Source: an uncultured Actinomycetes bacterium (lineage in GTDB: Bacteria > Actinomycetota > Acidimicrobiia > Spongiisociales > ZC4RG35). From it: a stretch of 64,000 nucleotides of DNA. This document shows, piece after piece, positions 1 to 9,047 of this stretch (position 1 is the first letter of the stretch; the number at the start of each line of letters is the position of its first letter). The position numbers and the translations under genes were made by a program. The stretch is from assembly GCA_963730285.1 (NCBI GenBank), contig CAVSQY010000008.1, positions 57,433 through 121,432 on the forward strand. The letters are read 5' to 3'. The notes under the pieces were generated by a model, which saw nothing but the letters and a program-made list of their open reading frames with translations, was not told where the DNA came from and did no database searches.

Positions 1-77
1 AGGTTGGATACAGCGGAGGCCACCTCCTCCTTCACCTCGTGGGCGAGAGCCCGCCCGTCCAGTATCCGAGCGGCCAT
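1..77 (-). CDS. folD: 5' end of methylenetetrahydrofolate dehydrogenase/cyclohydrolase (runs off window)
   Basis: ATG overlaps the purH stop (TGATG). Reads MAARILDGRALAHEVKEEV, a typical FolD N-terminus. purN-purH-folD order. Confidence 0.8.
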   Translation of the reverse strand, partial: MAARILDGRALAHEVKEEVASAVSN

Positions 78-1579
78 CAGTGTTTGAAGTGTCTTTGCCC
101 GGTGAATATCAAAACCACATCGTGCTCGTTCGCCGCATCGATCAGTTCCGGGTCGTTTCTGGATCCACCAGGCTCCACCACTGCCGAAACACCCGCCTCC
201 GCCAGAGCGTCGAGACCGTCTCGAAATGGGAAGAAGGCGTCTGAGGCCGCCACTCCGCCGACGGCGCGGTCCCCGGCGCGAGCCAGAGCCCGCTCTGCAG
301 CCCCGACCCGGGATTGATCTCCCGCTCCGACTCCAACCGCCGCAGCGCCATTCACCACCACTATCGCATTGGACTTCGTGTTCATGGCCACCATCCACCC
401 GAACCTCAGCTCCTGCAACTCTGCCTCTGTGGGTCGGCGCCTGGAGACCACCGACCAGTCTTCCTCACCGATACGGTCCCGCGATTGGATGAGCAGGCCC
501 GACTCGATCCTTCTCATATCGTCATCGCCCCCATGTGGCGGCGGAGCCTCGAGGACGCGCAGGTTGGATCGGCTTGCCAGGATCTCCAACGCACCCTCAC
601 CAATCTCGCGGCATATCACAACCTCGATGAATCGCTCGGCGATGGCTGAGGCGGTGGGACGATCCAGAGTTCCATTTAGAGCCACAACGCTCCCGAAGGC
701 CGATATTGGGTCACATTCCCATGCCCTGAGGAAGGTCTCGTGCACCGTGTCGCCGTATGCCGCTCCGCATGGGTTGGTGTGCTTGATGACACCCACACAA
801 CCCGACCGGCCGTTTACCAATCTCCAAGCGGCGTCGGCGTCGGCGTAGTTGTTGAAAGACATCTCCTTGCCCTGGTGCTGGGTCGCCGCGGCCCACCAAC
901 TCGGCTGACCAGCCTCGGCGTAGAGGGCAGCCTCCTGGTGCGGATTCTCCCCGTAGCGGAGGTCGCCCGCCCGCCGCAACCCGATGAATCTGTCATGCCC
1001 CATCCATCCGACGATCGCTGCGTCATATCCGGCTGTGTGAAAGAACGCCTCGTTGGCGAGATCTCTGCGGAGCGCATCATCCAGCCCACCGTCTTCGATG
1101 GCGATCGCAACCTTCTCATACTGGGACCGGTCGGTTACCACGCCGACAAAGCGATGATTCTTGGCCGCGGCCCGGATCATTGTCGGCCCACCGATATCGA
1201 TCTTCTCGATGATCTCGCTCTCACTCGCCCCTGGCCGCGCCGCGGTCTCCGCAAATGGATAGAGGTCCACCACCACCAGTTGAAAGGGCCGGATGCCGTT
1301 GTCGGCCAGGTCGGCAACATCACCGGGCTCATCGACACGGGCGAGGATGCCACCGTGGATCGAGGGGTGGAGGGTCTTGACGCGGCCACCGAGGATCTCC
1401 GGCGCGCCCGTCACCGATTCGACGGTGACTACGGGGATGCCGGCGTCGGCCAGGGCGGCGGCGGTCCCCCCTGAGGACACGATCTCCACACCCGCCTGTT
1501 GCAGTCGGCGAGCGAGATCCACCACCCCGATCTTGTCGTAGACGCTGATCAATGCCCGCTTGACGGCAACGATGGTCAT
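77..1579 (-). CDS. purH: Bifunctional AICAR transformylase/IMP cyclohydrolase
   Basis: RALISVYDK, GGRVKTLHP, IDIGGPTMIRAAAKN, LRYGENPHQ, SDAFFPF, C-terminal RHFKH. Confidence 0.97.
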   Translation of the reverse strand: MTIVAVKRALISVYDKIGVVDLARRLQQAGVEIVSSGGTAAALADAGIPVVTVESVTGAPEILGGRVKTLHPSIHGGILARVDEPGDVADLADNGIRPFQLVVVDLYPFAETAARPGASESEIIEKIDIGGPTMIRAAAKNHRFVGVVTDRSQYEKVAIAIEDGGLDDALRRDLANEAFFHTAGYDAAIVGWMGHDRFIGLRRAGDLRYGENPHQEAALYAEAGQPSWWAAATQHQGKEMSFNNYADADAAWRLVNGRSGCVGVIKHTNPCGAAYGDTVHETFLRAWECDPISAFGSVVALNGTLDRPTASAIAERFIEVVICREIGEGALEILASRSNLRVLEAPPPHGGDDDMRRIESGLLIQSRDRIGEEDWSVVSRRRPTEAELQELRFGWMVAMNTKSNAIVVVNGAAAVGVGAGDQSRVGAAERALARAGDRAVGGVAASDAFFPFRDGLDALAEAGVSAVVEPGGSRNDPELIDAANEHDVVLIFTGQRHFKH

Positions 1580-2184
1580 CGCCAGGTCACCAACCGGCCA
1601 TCGACTGCGATCTCGCCCCGGGCAAATGCCCCTACGACTCTTGGATAGAGATCATGCTCCTCCTGCTGGATCCGACGATGAAGGGCCTCGACGTCATCAC
1701 CGTCGAGCACCGGCACAGCCCTCTGGGCGATGATCGGCCCGTGATCAACCCGCTCATCCACGAAATGCACAGTAACCCCTGTCAGCTTGACTCCGTGCTC
1801 CAGGGCTTGTTGGACGGCGTGGGCTCCGGGGAAGGCGGGCAAGAGCGATGGGTGGATATTGAGAATCCGATTCGGGAAGAGTGCGACGAAATCGGCAGTG
1901 AGGATCCGCATGAAGCCGGCGAGCACCAGCGCCTCCACTCGCCACGCCCCGACCACCTCTGCCAGTCTCGCGCAAAAGCCAGCCCGATCGTGGAATAGGC
2001 CCCAATCCACGATCTCGACAGGTATCGCTGCTGCTCGGGCCCGCTCCAGGGCGCCACAGCCAGGCTGATCGGTCAACAGAAGTGCAACATCGATTCCAGG
2101 CTCAGAGCTGGCGAGGATTGCCTGGAGGTTTGTGCCCGAGCCTGAGGCAAGGACTGCGATTCTGATGATGAGCCTCCACGCCAA
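1576..2184 (-). CDS. purN: Phosphoribosylglycinamide formyltransferase (start uncertain: TTG 2184 or ATC 2166)
   Basis: IAVLASGSGTNLQA, LAGFMRIL, NIHPSLLPAFPG, GVTVHFVD; stop overlaps purH start. Confidence 0.95.
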   Translation of the reverse strand: MAWRLIIRIAVLASGSGTNLQAILASSEPGIDVALLLTDQPGCGALERARAAAIPVEIVDWGLFHDRAGFCARLAEVVGAWRVEALVLAGFMRILTADFVALFPNRILNIHPSLLPAFPGAHAVQQALEHGVKLTGVTVHFVDERVDHGPIIAQRAVPVLDGDDVEALHRRIQQEEHDLYPRVVGAFARGEIAVDGRLVTWR

Positions 2185-2202
2185 GGATCTGGTCGGGGCG
2201 GC

Positions 2203-2227
2203 AGTGTAGAGGCGCAACAGTTGCGCC
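2203..2227 (-). promoter_or_regulatory. Putative purN promoter (-10 TACACT) with adjacent 7-3-7 palindrome GGCGCAA-CAG-TTGCGCC
   Basis: TANNNT at 2208-2203 on the minus strand; perfect inverted repeat at 2211-2227. Confidence 0.45.
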
Positions 2228-2483
2228 GATCATCACGCCGCCGACCGTCGCGGGGTCTTTCGCCCGTAGAGCACCGGGCGGGGCAGGGACCGGCCATACG
2301 TAACTCGAGCAAAGAGTGTCCGAGGCGATCGACTGGTCAGCGCCGAAATCGAGGAGCAACGGAGCAAGTGAGCCGAGGTCGCCCAAGTACTGCCACCCAT
2401 CCGATGGGATCGGCTTGAATCTGGGGACAGCGTCAACACTCCGTCGCTGTCGCACATCATGTCTAACCGGGAAGGTCGGCCAA

Positions 2484-2786
2484 GTGTCGCTGTTCGAGAA
2501 CGTCCCTGCCCACGGGTGGGAGAATTGGGTGACCACCAACGAGGCAACGGTCATCGACATCCGCGAACCGGCGGAATGGGAGCTGGGGACCCTTCCCGGG
2601 GCACTTCTGATCTCGATGGGCGAGATCCTCCAATCCATCGATCAATTGGATGGGGAAGCCCCAACGCTCCTGGTGTGCCGATCGGGCAGCAGGAGCCAGC
2701 AGCTCGCCGGCTATCTGGCCATGCGCGGCTTCACCCGCGTGGCCAATATGGCGGGCGGGATGAAAGCGCTCGGCCTTCAGGATTAG
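2484..2786 (+). CDS. Single-domain rhodanese-like protein
   Basis: VIDIREPAEW, catalytic loop CRSGSRS, NMAGGMKA; GTG start inferred. Confidence 0.88.
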   Translation: MSLFENVPAHGWENWVTTNEATVIDIREPAEWELGTLPGALLISMGEILQSIDQLDGEAPTLLVCRSGSRSQQLAGYLAMRGFTRVANMAGGMKALGLQD

Positions 2787-2826
2787 AAAGGCGGTCTCGA
2801 CGCCCCGATTCTGACAGTCTGCGAGA

Positions 2827-3276
2827 ATGCCGCCGATGGATTCGCGCAAGATGCCGGGCTGGGCGATACCCCTGGCAGTTGCCCTCGCAGTGGTGGCGCT
2901 GGTCGTCGTCGGGCTGTCGCGCAAGCCGGTTGAGTTAGGCACCGAAACTCCTGAGGGAACGGTCCAGGCATATCTGAATGCAATTGCCCGCTCCGACTTC
3001 GACACAGCATCGACGTATTGGGATGAGCAGGGATGTGTGCCGTCAACCACCGACCCGGGCGGCTTCGATCCGGGTTTCTCGGCCACTCTGGTCAGCGTCG
3101 AGACCACGGTCGGCCAGGCCACCGTGGTGGTCGGCATCTCGCAGGGGACCACCGATGCAGTTGGCGGCTACACCGAGTATCAGGAGTGGTTCAGCCTCGT
3201 CCCAGGTGACAACGGCTGGAAGATACGCCAGCCTTCCTGGCCCTTCTACGACGTCACTTGCGAGGACCAGGCATGA
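2827..3276 (+). CDS. Hypothetical membrane-anchored protein
   Basis: N-terminal hydrophobic helix, TPEGTVQAYLNA motif, C-terminal GWKI; stop overlaps the next ATG. Confidence 0.7.
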   Translation: MPPMDSRKMPGWAIPLAVALAVVALVVVGLSRKPVELGTETPEGTVQAYLNAIARSDFDTASTYWDEQGCVPSTTDPGGFDPGFSATLVSVETTVGQATVVVGISQGTTDAVGGYTEYQEWFSLVPGDNGWKIRQPSWPFYDVTCEDQA

Positions 3277-4910
3277 GCGGGGTATTCGCCATCCTGGTCT
3301 TCGTCGTCGTCATCGGAGGTCTCATCCTGCTCGGTGTGAGCTTATGGCGAAGACACGAAAACAGGGACGCAGGAGAAGGCCTGGACCTCATCCCCTACCT
3401 GATCCTCGCACTGGCGGTGGGTGTAACCGGGTTCTCGCTCGCACGCCTGGCCCGGGCGAGCATGGACTCCTACCGGCTGGTCGGCAGGCCAAGCACTGAG
3501 ATCGCTGTTGCCCTGGCGGGAATCGTGGTTGCGGCTCCGCTTGCCTTCTTCCTCTGGAGACGTCAAGCGAGCCGGCGAAGGAAAGACCCCGACGTCCCTG
3601 GCTGGCCAATCTATCTCATGCTGATCGAAGGCATCTTCTCCATCGCCTTCTTCGTGGCCGCGGCTCAGGTGGCCGATTCTCTGGCCAGTGGGAGCTGGGC
3701 CGGCTCCGACTGGCCCAACCTCGTGGTCTACGGGGCAATCGTCGGGTTCCATTGGCACGCCGGGCATCAGGAACCGCCACCAGGGGAGGTGGGTGAGCTG
3801 CCCAGGCTGATCGGCTCCGGTGTGGCATTGGTGGCCCTAGCCGTCGGCGCGTACGGTTTGCTCCATTGGCTGCTGGGGCAGGGCTACGACGCCCTCACCG
3901 GCGGTAGCGGCCTCGTCTTTGTCGACCCCGGGTTTCCGGCCGCCGCCCTCGGCCTGACTCTGACAGCCCTGCCCACCTGGGCCCATCGATGGCTGCCGGC
4001 GTGGAAGCGCCCGCCCGGGATATTTCGCTCCATCTACATCGCCTTGGCCTCGGTCAGCTCGCTAAATGCGGCCTTGGGGGCGGCCGTCACTGTCGTCGCG
4101 AACGGTATCGCCTACCCCCTCGACGCTTCGGGACCAGCCGATCGCTACTTTGGATTCTTGCCGACTGCTCTCGGCATCGGTGTGATCGGCGCAGCCTCGT
4201 GGGCTCATCACCAGAGAAAGCTCGGTCCTGGGCGAGCCTCGTCGACCAGGACATATCAGTACGCGATGGCGGCCACCGGGCTTGGAGTCCTGGTGGGAGC
4301 CGCGACCGGTTTGGCGGTGGCGGCATTCAACACCCGCCTCATCGGCGGCAACCCGGGACGAACCTTGGTGGCACTCGGGCTCAGTGCGCTAACCGCCTAC
4401 GGCGTCTGGATGTGGTTCTGGCGCCAGGCTCAAGCAGCCCCGCGTGCCGAGGAAGTCGGGACCCTCCAGCGGAGGATCTATCTGATCGGGATGACGATCG
4501 TCACCGGTCTGACGGCGGCCGGTGCCCTCATCGGGACTCTCGTCGTCCTCTTCCGGGCTCTCCTCGGTGCCGGCGACTCGATCGCTGAGAGCCTTCGCAT
4601 ACCTCTTGCACTCACCATCTTCTCCGGGGGCGCTTTCTGGCATCTCTTTCTCCAGATTCGAGCAGACGGCGCGATGCGTCCACGTTCGGCGGTCGGGCCA
4701 TTCACCGTGACGATCATCTGCTCGCATCCCGGGCGTTTGGCGACGCTGTTCCCAGGTGAGGCACGATTGCAGGTCATCTACCGGGGCGACGATGCCGGTG
4801 TGGTCAGCGATGAGATGGCCGCCGTCATCGCCGACGAGATCGGCACGACGTCGTCGGTGGTATGGGTGGACGGCGACGGATATCGCGTCGCACCTTTGCG
4901 AGCTCGTTGA
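3273..4910 (+). CDS. Polytopic membrane protein (DUF5671-like repeats)
   Basis: More than 12 hydrophobic segments with recurring R-x-x-Y-L/W-x-x-H units; ATGA coupling to upstream gene. Confidence 0.7.
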   Translation: MSGVFAILVFVVVIGGLILLGVSLWRRHENRDAGEGLDLIPYLILALAVGVTGFSLARLARASMDSYRLVGRPSTEIAVALAGIVVAAPLAFFLWRRQASRRRKDPDVPGWPIYLMLIEGIFSIAFFVAAAQVADSLASGSWAGSDWPNLVVYGAIVGFHWHAGHQEPPPGEVGELPRLIGSGVALVALAVGAYGLLHWLLGQGYDALTGGSGLVFVDPGFPAAALGLTLTALPTWAHRWLPAWKRPPGIFRSIYIALASVSSLNAALGAAVTVVANGIAYPLDASGPADRYFGFLPTALGIGVIGAASWAHHQRKLGPGRASSTRTYQYAMAATGLGVLVGAATGLAVAAFNTRLIGGNPGRTLVALGLSALTAYGVWMWFWRQAQAAPRAEEVGTLQRRIYLIGMTIVTGLTAAGALIGTLVVLFRALLGAGDSIAESLRIPLALTIFSGGAFWHLFLQIRADGAMRPRSAVGPFTVTIICSHPGRLATLFPGEARLQVIYRGDDAGVVSDEMAAVIADEIGTTSSVVWVDGDGYRVAPLRAR

Positions 4911-4914
4911 GCCG

Positions 4915-5484
4915 ATGAGATGGCTGGCCGAGCTCTACCTCAGACTGCGCGGATGGGAATTCGTCGGGGAAGTCCCCGATATCCCCAAGATGATCATCGT
5001 CGGAGGGCCTCACACCTCCAACTGGGATTTCGTGGTCTTTCTCGGCGCCATCCGCCATTGGCACATCTCGCCGCGTTACATCGGAAAGCACACGCTTTTC
5101 CGATGGCCGGCCGGCTGGTTCTTCAGGAGGATGGGTGGGATCCCGGTCGACCGAGGCCGGCCCGGTGGCCTGGTCGGTCAGGTCGCCGATGCGTTTGCCG
5201 CCAACGACCGGCTGATCCTCGTGATATCGCCTGAAGGAACGCGGCGGGCTGTCCCCTATTGGAAATCGGGGTTTGTGAAGATTGCCGAAAAGGCCAAGGT
5301 ACCCATCGTCCCGGCATTCATCTCATATGAGAACAAGGAGGTAGGCCTTGGCTCACCCATCCGTTTCACAGGGGATGAGGGAGTGCTCATGGACCAGATC
5401 CGTAGCTTCGTCCGTCACGGCGATGGGCTCCACCCCGAGGGAAAGGGCCCGGTGAGGCTGAAGGATGAGGAGGGCATCTCATGA
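4915..5484 (+). CDS. Lysophospholipid acyltransferase (PlsC family)
   Basis: PHTSNWD (HxxxxD), GGIPVDR, ISPEGTR, WKSGF. Confidence 0.9.
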   Translation: MRWLAELYLRLRGWEFVGEVPDIPKMIIVGGPHTSNWDFVVFLGAIRHWHISPRYIGKHTLFRWPAGWFFRRMGGIPVDRGRPGGLVGQVADAFAANDRLILVISPEGTRRAVPYWKSGFVKIAEKAKVPIVPAFISYENKEVGLGSPIRFTGDEGVLMDQIRSFVRHGDGLHPEGKGPVRLKDEEGIS

Positions 5485-6702
5485 CCGCTCGGCCAGACGC
5501 CTGAAGTCCTCTGACACGACACTGCCGACTAGCCGCCCACCTCTGTGCAGGAGATCACGACCAAAACGCTCCCGAATGCCGTCCACCGAGTCGTCGAGTG
5601 CCCTCCGCTTCAGGTCGAGCGTGCTTCCCGGGTCGAGAACACCGCCCGCACCGACCGGTAGCTCGAGCTGGAGACACTCGTCGGTCACCAGGTTGGACAC
5701 CGACAACCCGATGAGAGTGACCGGTTCGGTCTGGTTCTCGATGGCCCTCTCCAGGAGCACCTGGCCCAGCTCGACGATGGCAGCTGTCGAATCGGTGGGC
5801 GCCCCGAGTGTGTGGCTACGCGAAACTTGTCGTGGGCCTGGATATCGAACCCGCACGGTGAGTGTCGACCCGGCACGCTCCTTCTTGCGAAGACGCCGGC
5901 CGATGCGATCGGCAAGGCCGAGCACCACGACGGCCATTTGATCGTGGTCGGTCAGTCCCCTGCCCAATGCCTGCTGGCTGCCGACACTCCCGGCTCGCCT
6001 CCCTCCAAGGACACGGCGCGGGTCACGGTTCCAGGCGAGGGAATGAAGGGCACCGCCGGGCACCGATCCCAGCTTCGTGCGCAGGGACTCGACCGGGACG
6101 TCGGCCAGGTCGCCGATGGTGAACAGCCCGAGTCGGTGGAGGCCTGCCGCCGTGACCCGGCCTACGCCCCACATCGCCTCCACAGGGAGGGGATGGAGAA
6201 ACTCGAGCTCTGACCCCTTCTCGATAACCACCAGCCCGTCCGGTTTAGCCCTCGCCGAGCCGATCTTGGCGAGAAACTTGGTCGAGGCGATGCCAACGGA
6301 AAGGGGAAGACCCACCTCATCCCTGGCCCGTCGCCTCAGGTCCCGCGCGATCTGCGAGGGAGACCCGAGCAGGTGAGTCGAGCCGCTCACATCCAGGAAC
6401 GCCTCGTCGATCGAGATCTGCTCGATGATCGGGGTGGCGTCTTCGAGAATGGCCATGATCTGTGCCGAGAAATCGAGATAGCGATCGAAATGGCCCTCGA
6501 CCGCCACGGCCTCAGGGCAAAGGCCCTTTGCTTCCCGGACCGGCATCGGCGCCCTGATCCCGTAGGCGCGGGCCTCATATGAGGCGGCGAGAACGACGCC
6601 AGTCCCCACCAGGACAGGCCTGCCTCGCAGAGAGGGATCGAGGAGTTGCTCAACGGATGCATAGAAGGCGTCGAGATCCGCGTGGAGGATGGTGGGCTCC
6701 AT
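5479..6702 (-). CDS. dinB: DNA polymerase IV (Y family)
   Basis: ILHADLDAFYASVEQ, AASYEAR, SIDEAFLD, AKPDGL. Confidence 0.95.
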   Translation of the reverse strand: MEPTILHADLDAFYASVEQLLDPSLRGRPVLVGTGVVLAASYEARAYGIRAPMPVREAKGLCPEAVAVEGHFDRYLDFSAQIMAILEDATPIIEQISIDEAFLDVSGSTHLLGSPSQIARDLRRRARDEVGLPLSVGIASTKFLAKIGSARAKPDGLVVIEKGSELEFLHPLPVEAMWGVGRVTAAGLHRLGLFTIGDLADVPVESLRTKLGSVPGGALHSLAWNRDPRRVLGGRRAGSVGSQQALGRGLTDHDQMAVVVLGLADRIGRRLRKKERAGSTLTVRVRYPGPRQVSRSHTLGAPTDSTAAIVELGQVLLERAIENQTEPVTLIGLSVSNLVTDECLQLELPVGAGGVLDPGSTLDLKRRALDDSVDGIRERFGRDLLHRGGRLVGSVVSEDFRRLAERS

Positions 6703-6708
6703 ATACGG

Positions 6709-6731
6709 AGCATCACGGCGATCTGTGACAG
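6709..6731 (-). promoter_or_regulatory. RecA-NDp/PafBC-like DNA-damage promoter for leaderless dinB
   Basis: CTGTCACAG-N8-GATGCT, then 6 nt, then ATG; same spacing as tTGTCRGtg-N8-TAnnnT. Confidence 0.45.
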
Positions 6732-6753
6732 AAACCGAAAGGGGCCTCTCTGG

Positions 6754-8250
6754 TCAGGCAGAGCCCCTGAGAGCGCCACGGTCCACCTTGCCCAGATGGG
6801 TCCGGGGGAGCTCGTCGAGAAAGATGACGCGGCGGGGGTGTTTGTAGGGCTCCAGCCTGTCGAGTGACCAGCTCTTCAGGTCATCCTCGGTGACGTCATG
6901 AGCGACGACGAATGCCACCGGCTTGAGAAGGCCCGTGTCGTCGGCGATGGCCACAACCGCACACTCAGCGACGCATTCATGCTCGAGGAGCACCGACTCG
7001 AGCTCCTGGGGCCTGAACCACTTGCCCTTGATCTTCACAGCGTCATCGGCGCGCCCCCGATGTGTGACCAGTCCGCTCGCGTCGATCGACACCAGGTCGC
7101 CGCCCGCAAACCAACCAGCCCTGAAGGCCTTCGCCGTTGCTCCCGGGTTGCGCCAATAGCCGAGACCCAGCGATTCGCCATGCACCCAGAGCCGACCCAC
7201 CTCACCCGGATCCACCGGCACGCCCTCGTCGTCGGCGGCTTTGATCTCAAAGCCGGGGACCACCCGACCCAATGTCCCGGGGACAACGCCGCCCGGGACA
7301 TTGGACACGAATATGTGCCACATCTCGGCAGTGCCCAACCCGTCGAGCAACTCGACTCCGAAGCTGTCGACCCATTGTCGGTACAGGGTGTCGGGCAGTG
7401 CCTCGCCCGCCGACGTCGCCAGGCGGAGGGAGCTCAGGTCACGGACGGCAGAATCGGCCGCACCGAGCATCTGATTGATTGCGGAAGGGACGTTTATCAG
7501 CACGGTGGCGCGGTGTCTCTCGACCCGGTCGAAAAGGGCACCCGGTGTCGAGGGGCCCGGGAAGAGAACGGCCGATGCCCCCACCGACATCGGGAAGAAC
7601 AGGTTCGAGCCCATCGCGTAGCCGAAGTACAGCTTCGGGACTGCGATGGTGACATCGTCCTCAGAGAGTGACAAGGTTCCCTGGCCGTAGAGCCGGGTCG
7701 TGTTGGCGAAGGAGCGATGGGTTTGGACGACGGCCTTGGGAAGGCCGGTGGTCCCACCCGAGAAGATCCAAAGGGCGGGATCCATCGCATCTGTGTCCAC
7801 GGTGTCCACGTGGCCGTCGGGAAGTTCCATCCCCGGCCGGACGATCGACACGTTGGGAGGGTCGAAGGCGGCAAGGCCCACGGCCCGCCTGAAGGAAGGC
7901 TCGTACTCGTCGCCAACCAGGACCGCCGACGGCTCGGCCAGGTCGACGATCCCGGCCGTCGCCGGATCGGGCAGGCCCGGATTGAGCATCACCCCGACCG
8001 CGCCGATGCGGAGCACGCCGAAGAGCGCCGCCACGTATTCGAGACCATCTGGAAGCAGGAGCAACACGCGGTCTTCCCGCTCGACGCCCAGATCGAGTAG
8101 GACACGGGCAAACCCTGACGCCGCCGAATCGAGGTCCTCGTAGGAGATGTCGCCCCGGTCCAGACGAAGAGCCACCCTGGATCCCTTCGCCTCCCTGAGA
8201 CGATCACGGAGCAAGAAGTCATCGATGTTGAGATGCTCCGGCCAAGTCAC
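6754..8250 (-). CDS. Benzoate-CoA ligase family aryl-CoA ligase (possibly 2-aminobenzoate-CoA ligase)
   Basis: FSGGTTGLPK, PKLYFGYAMGSNLFFP, SAGEALP, LDGLGTAEMWHIF, GRADD. Confidence 0.85.
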   Translation of the reverse strand: MTWPEHLNIDDFLLRDRLREAKGSRVALRLDRGDISYEDLDSAASGFARVLLDLGVEREDRVLLLLPDGLEYVAALFGVLRIGAVGVMLNPGLPDPATAGIVDLAEPSAVLVGDEYEPSFRRAVGLAAFDPPNVSIVRPGMELPDGHVDTVDTDAMDPALWIFSGGTTGLPKAVVQTHRSFANTTRLYGQGTLSLSEDDVTIAVPKLYFGYAMGSNLFFPMSVGASAVLFPGPSTPGALFDRVERHRATVLINVPSAINQMLGAADSAVRDLSSLRLATSAGEALPDTLYRQWVDSFGVELLDGLGTAEMWHIFVSNVPGGVVPGTLGRVVPGFEIKAADDEGVPVDPGEVGRLWVHGESLGLGYWRNPGATAKAFRAGWFAGGDLVSIDASGLVTHRGRADDAVKIKGKWFRPQELESVLLEHECVAECAVVAIADDTGLLKPVAFVVAHDVTEDDLKSWSLDRLEPYKHPRRVIFLDELPRTHLGKVDRGALRGSA

Positions 8251-8262
8251 ATGTCGAAGCTA
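8247..8262 (-). promoter_or_regulatory. Leaderless promoter/start motif TAGCTTCGACATGTGA (copy 1)
   Basis: -10 TAGCTT + 6 nt + GTG start; 15/16 identical to 19192-19207. Confidence 0.55.
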
Positions 8263-8309
8263 CCAAGTCAGGCCTCTATCAGATCGGGGCCTCGCCCGCC
8301 GGGACGGCT

Positions 8310-9047
8310 TCAGGCCTCCGGCGAAAAGCGATACGGAAGCTCGAGCCGGTTGGCTCGCATTAGCTCGTCGTCACCCATGATCGTCTCGGTCGGCCCCTCC
8401 GCGACGATCGTTCCGCCATTCATGACCATCGAACGCGGACACAGTTCAAAGGCGAAAGGGAGGTCGTGCGTGACTATCAGCTGGGTGATCTCCAGCCCGG
8501 ACAGGAGATCTATCAACTCCCTACGGGAGGCCGGATCGAGATTCGATGTCGGCTCGTCCAGGACCAGGATCTCCGGCCTCATCGAGAGCACGGTGGCGAT
8601 CGCCACACGTCGTCTCTCGCCATAGCTCAGATGATGGGGAGCGCGATCGATGTTGTGCGACATCGAGACAGCAGATAGGGCCTCGTCGACCCTCTCCTCG
8701 AGCTCCCGCCCTTCGATACCCAGATTTGCCGGGCCAAACGCCACGTCCTGGCCGACGGTGGGCATGAAGAGTTGGTCGTCCGGGTCTTGAAAGACCAGAC
8801 CCACCCGCCGGCGCACCTCCAGGAGGTTCTCCTCGGTTACCTCGAGCCCAGCCACCTGGATCGAACCGCCCGATGGTCTCAATATCCCGTTGAGGTGGAG
8901 CAGGAGGGTGGTCTTGCCTGCACCGTTGGGCCCGAGCAATGAGACCCGCTCGCCTGGGTGAACGTGGAGGTTCACGTCCCGTAGGGCGCGGAAACCGTCC
9001 GGGTAGGCGAATCCAAGACCCACGACTTGCAGGGAAGGAGAGCTCAT
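8310..9047 (-). CDS. cbiO: ECF transporter ATPase (CbiO/NikO)
   Basis: GPNGAGKTT, VFQDPDDQLF, LSYGERRRVAIA, LDEPT. Confidence 0.92.
   Translation of the reverse strand: MSSPSLQVVGLGFAYPDGFRALRDVNLHVHPGERVSLLGPNGAGKTTLLLHLNGILRPSGGSIQVAGLEVTEENLLEVRRRVGLVFQDPDDQLFMPTVGQDVAFGPANLGIEGRELEERVDEALSAVSMSHNIDRAPHHLSYGERRRVAIATVLSMRPEILVLDEPTSNLDPASRRELIDLLSGLEITQLIVTHDLPFAFELCPRSMVMNGGTIVAEGPTETIMGDDELMRANRLELPYRFSPEA

Noticed and set aside
2180-2480. ZMP/ZTP riboswitch upstream of purN-purH
   Set aside because: The conserved GACUGGCG and GCCUGGGC pseudoknot elements were not found on the minus strand.
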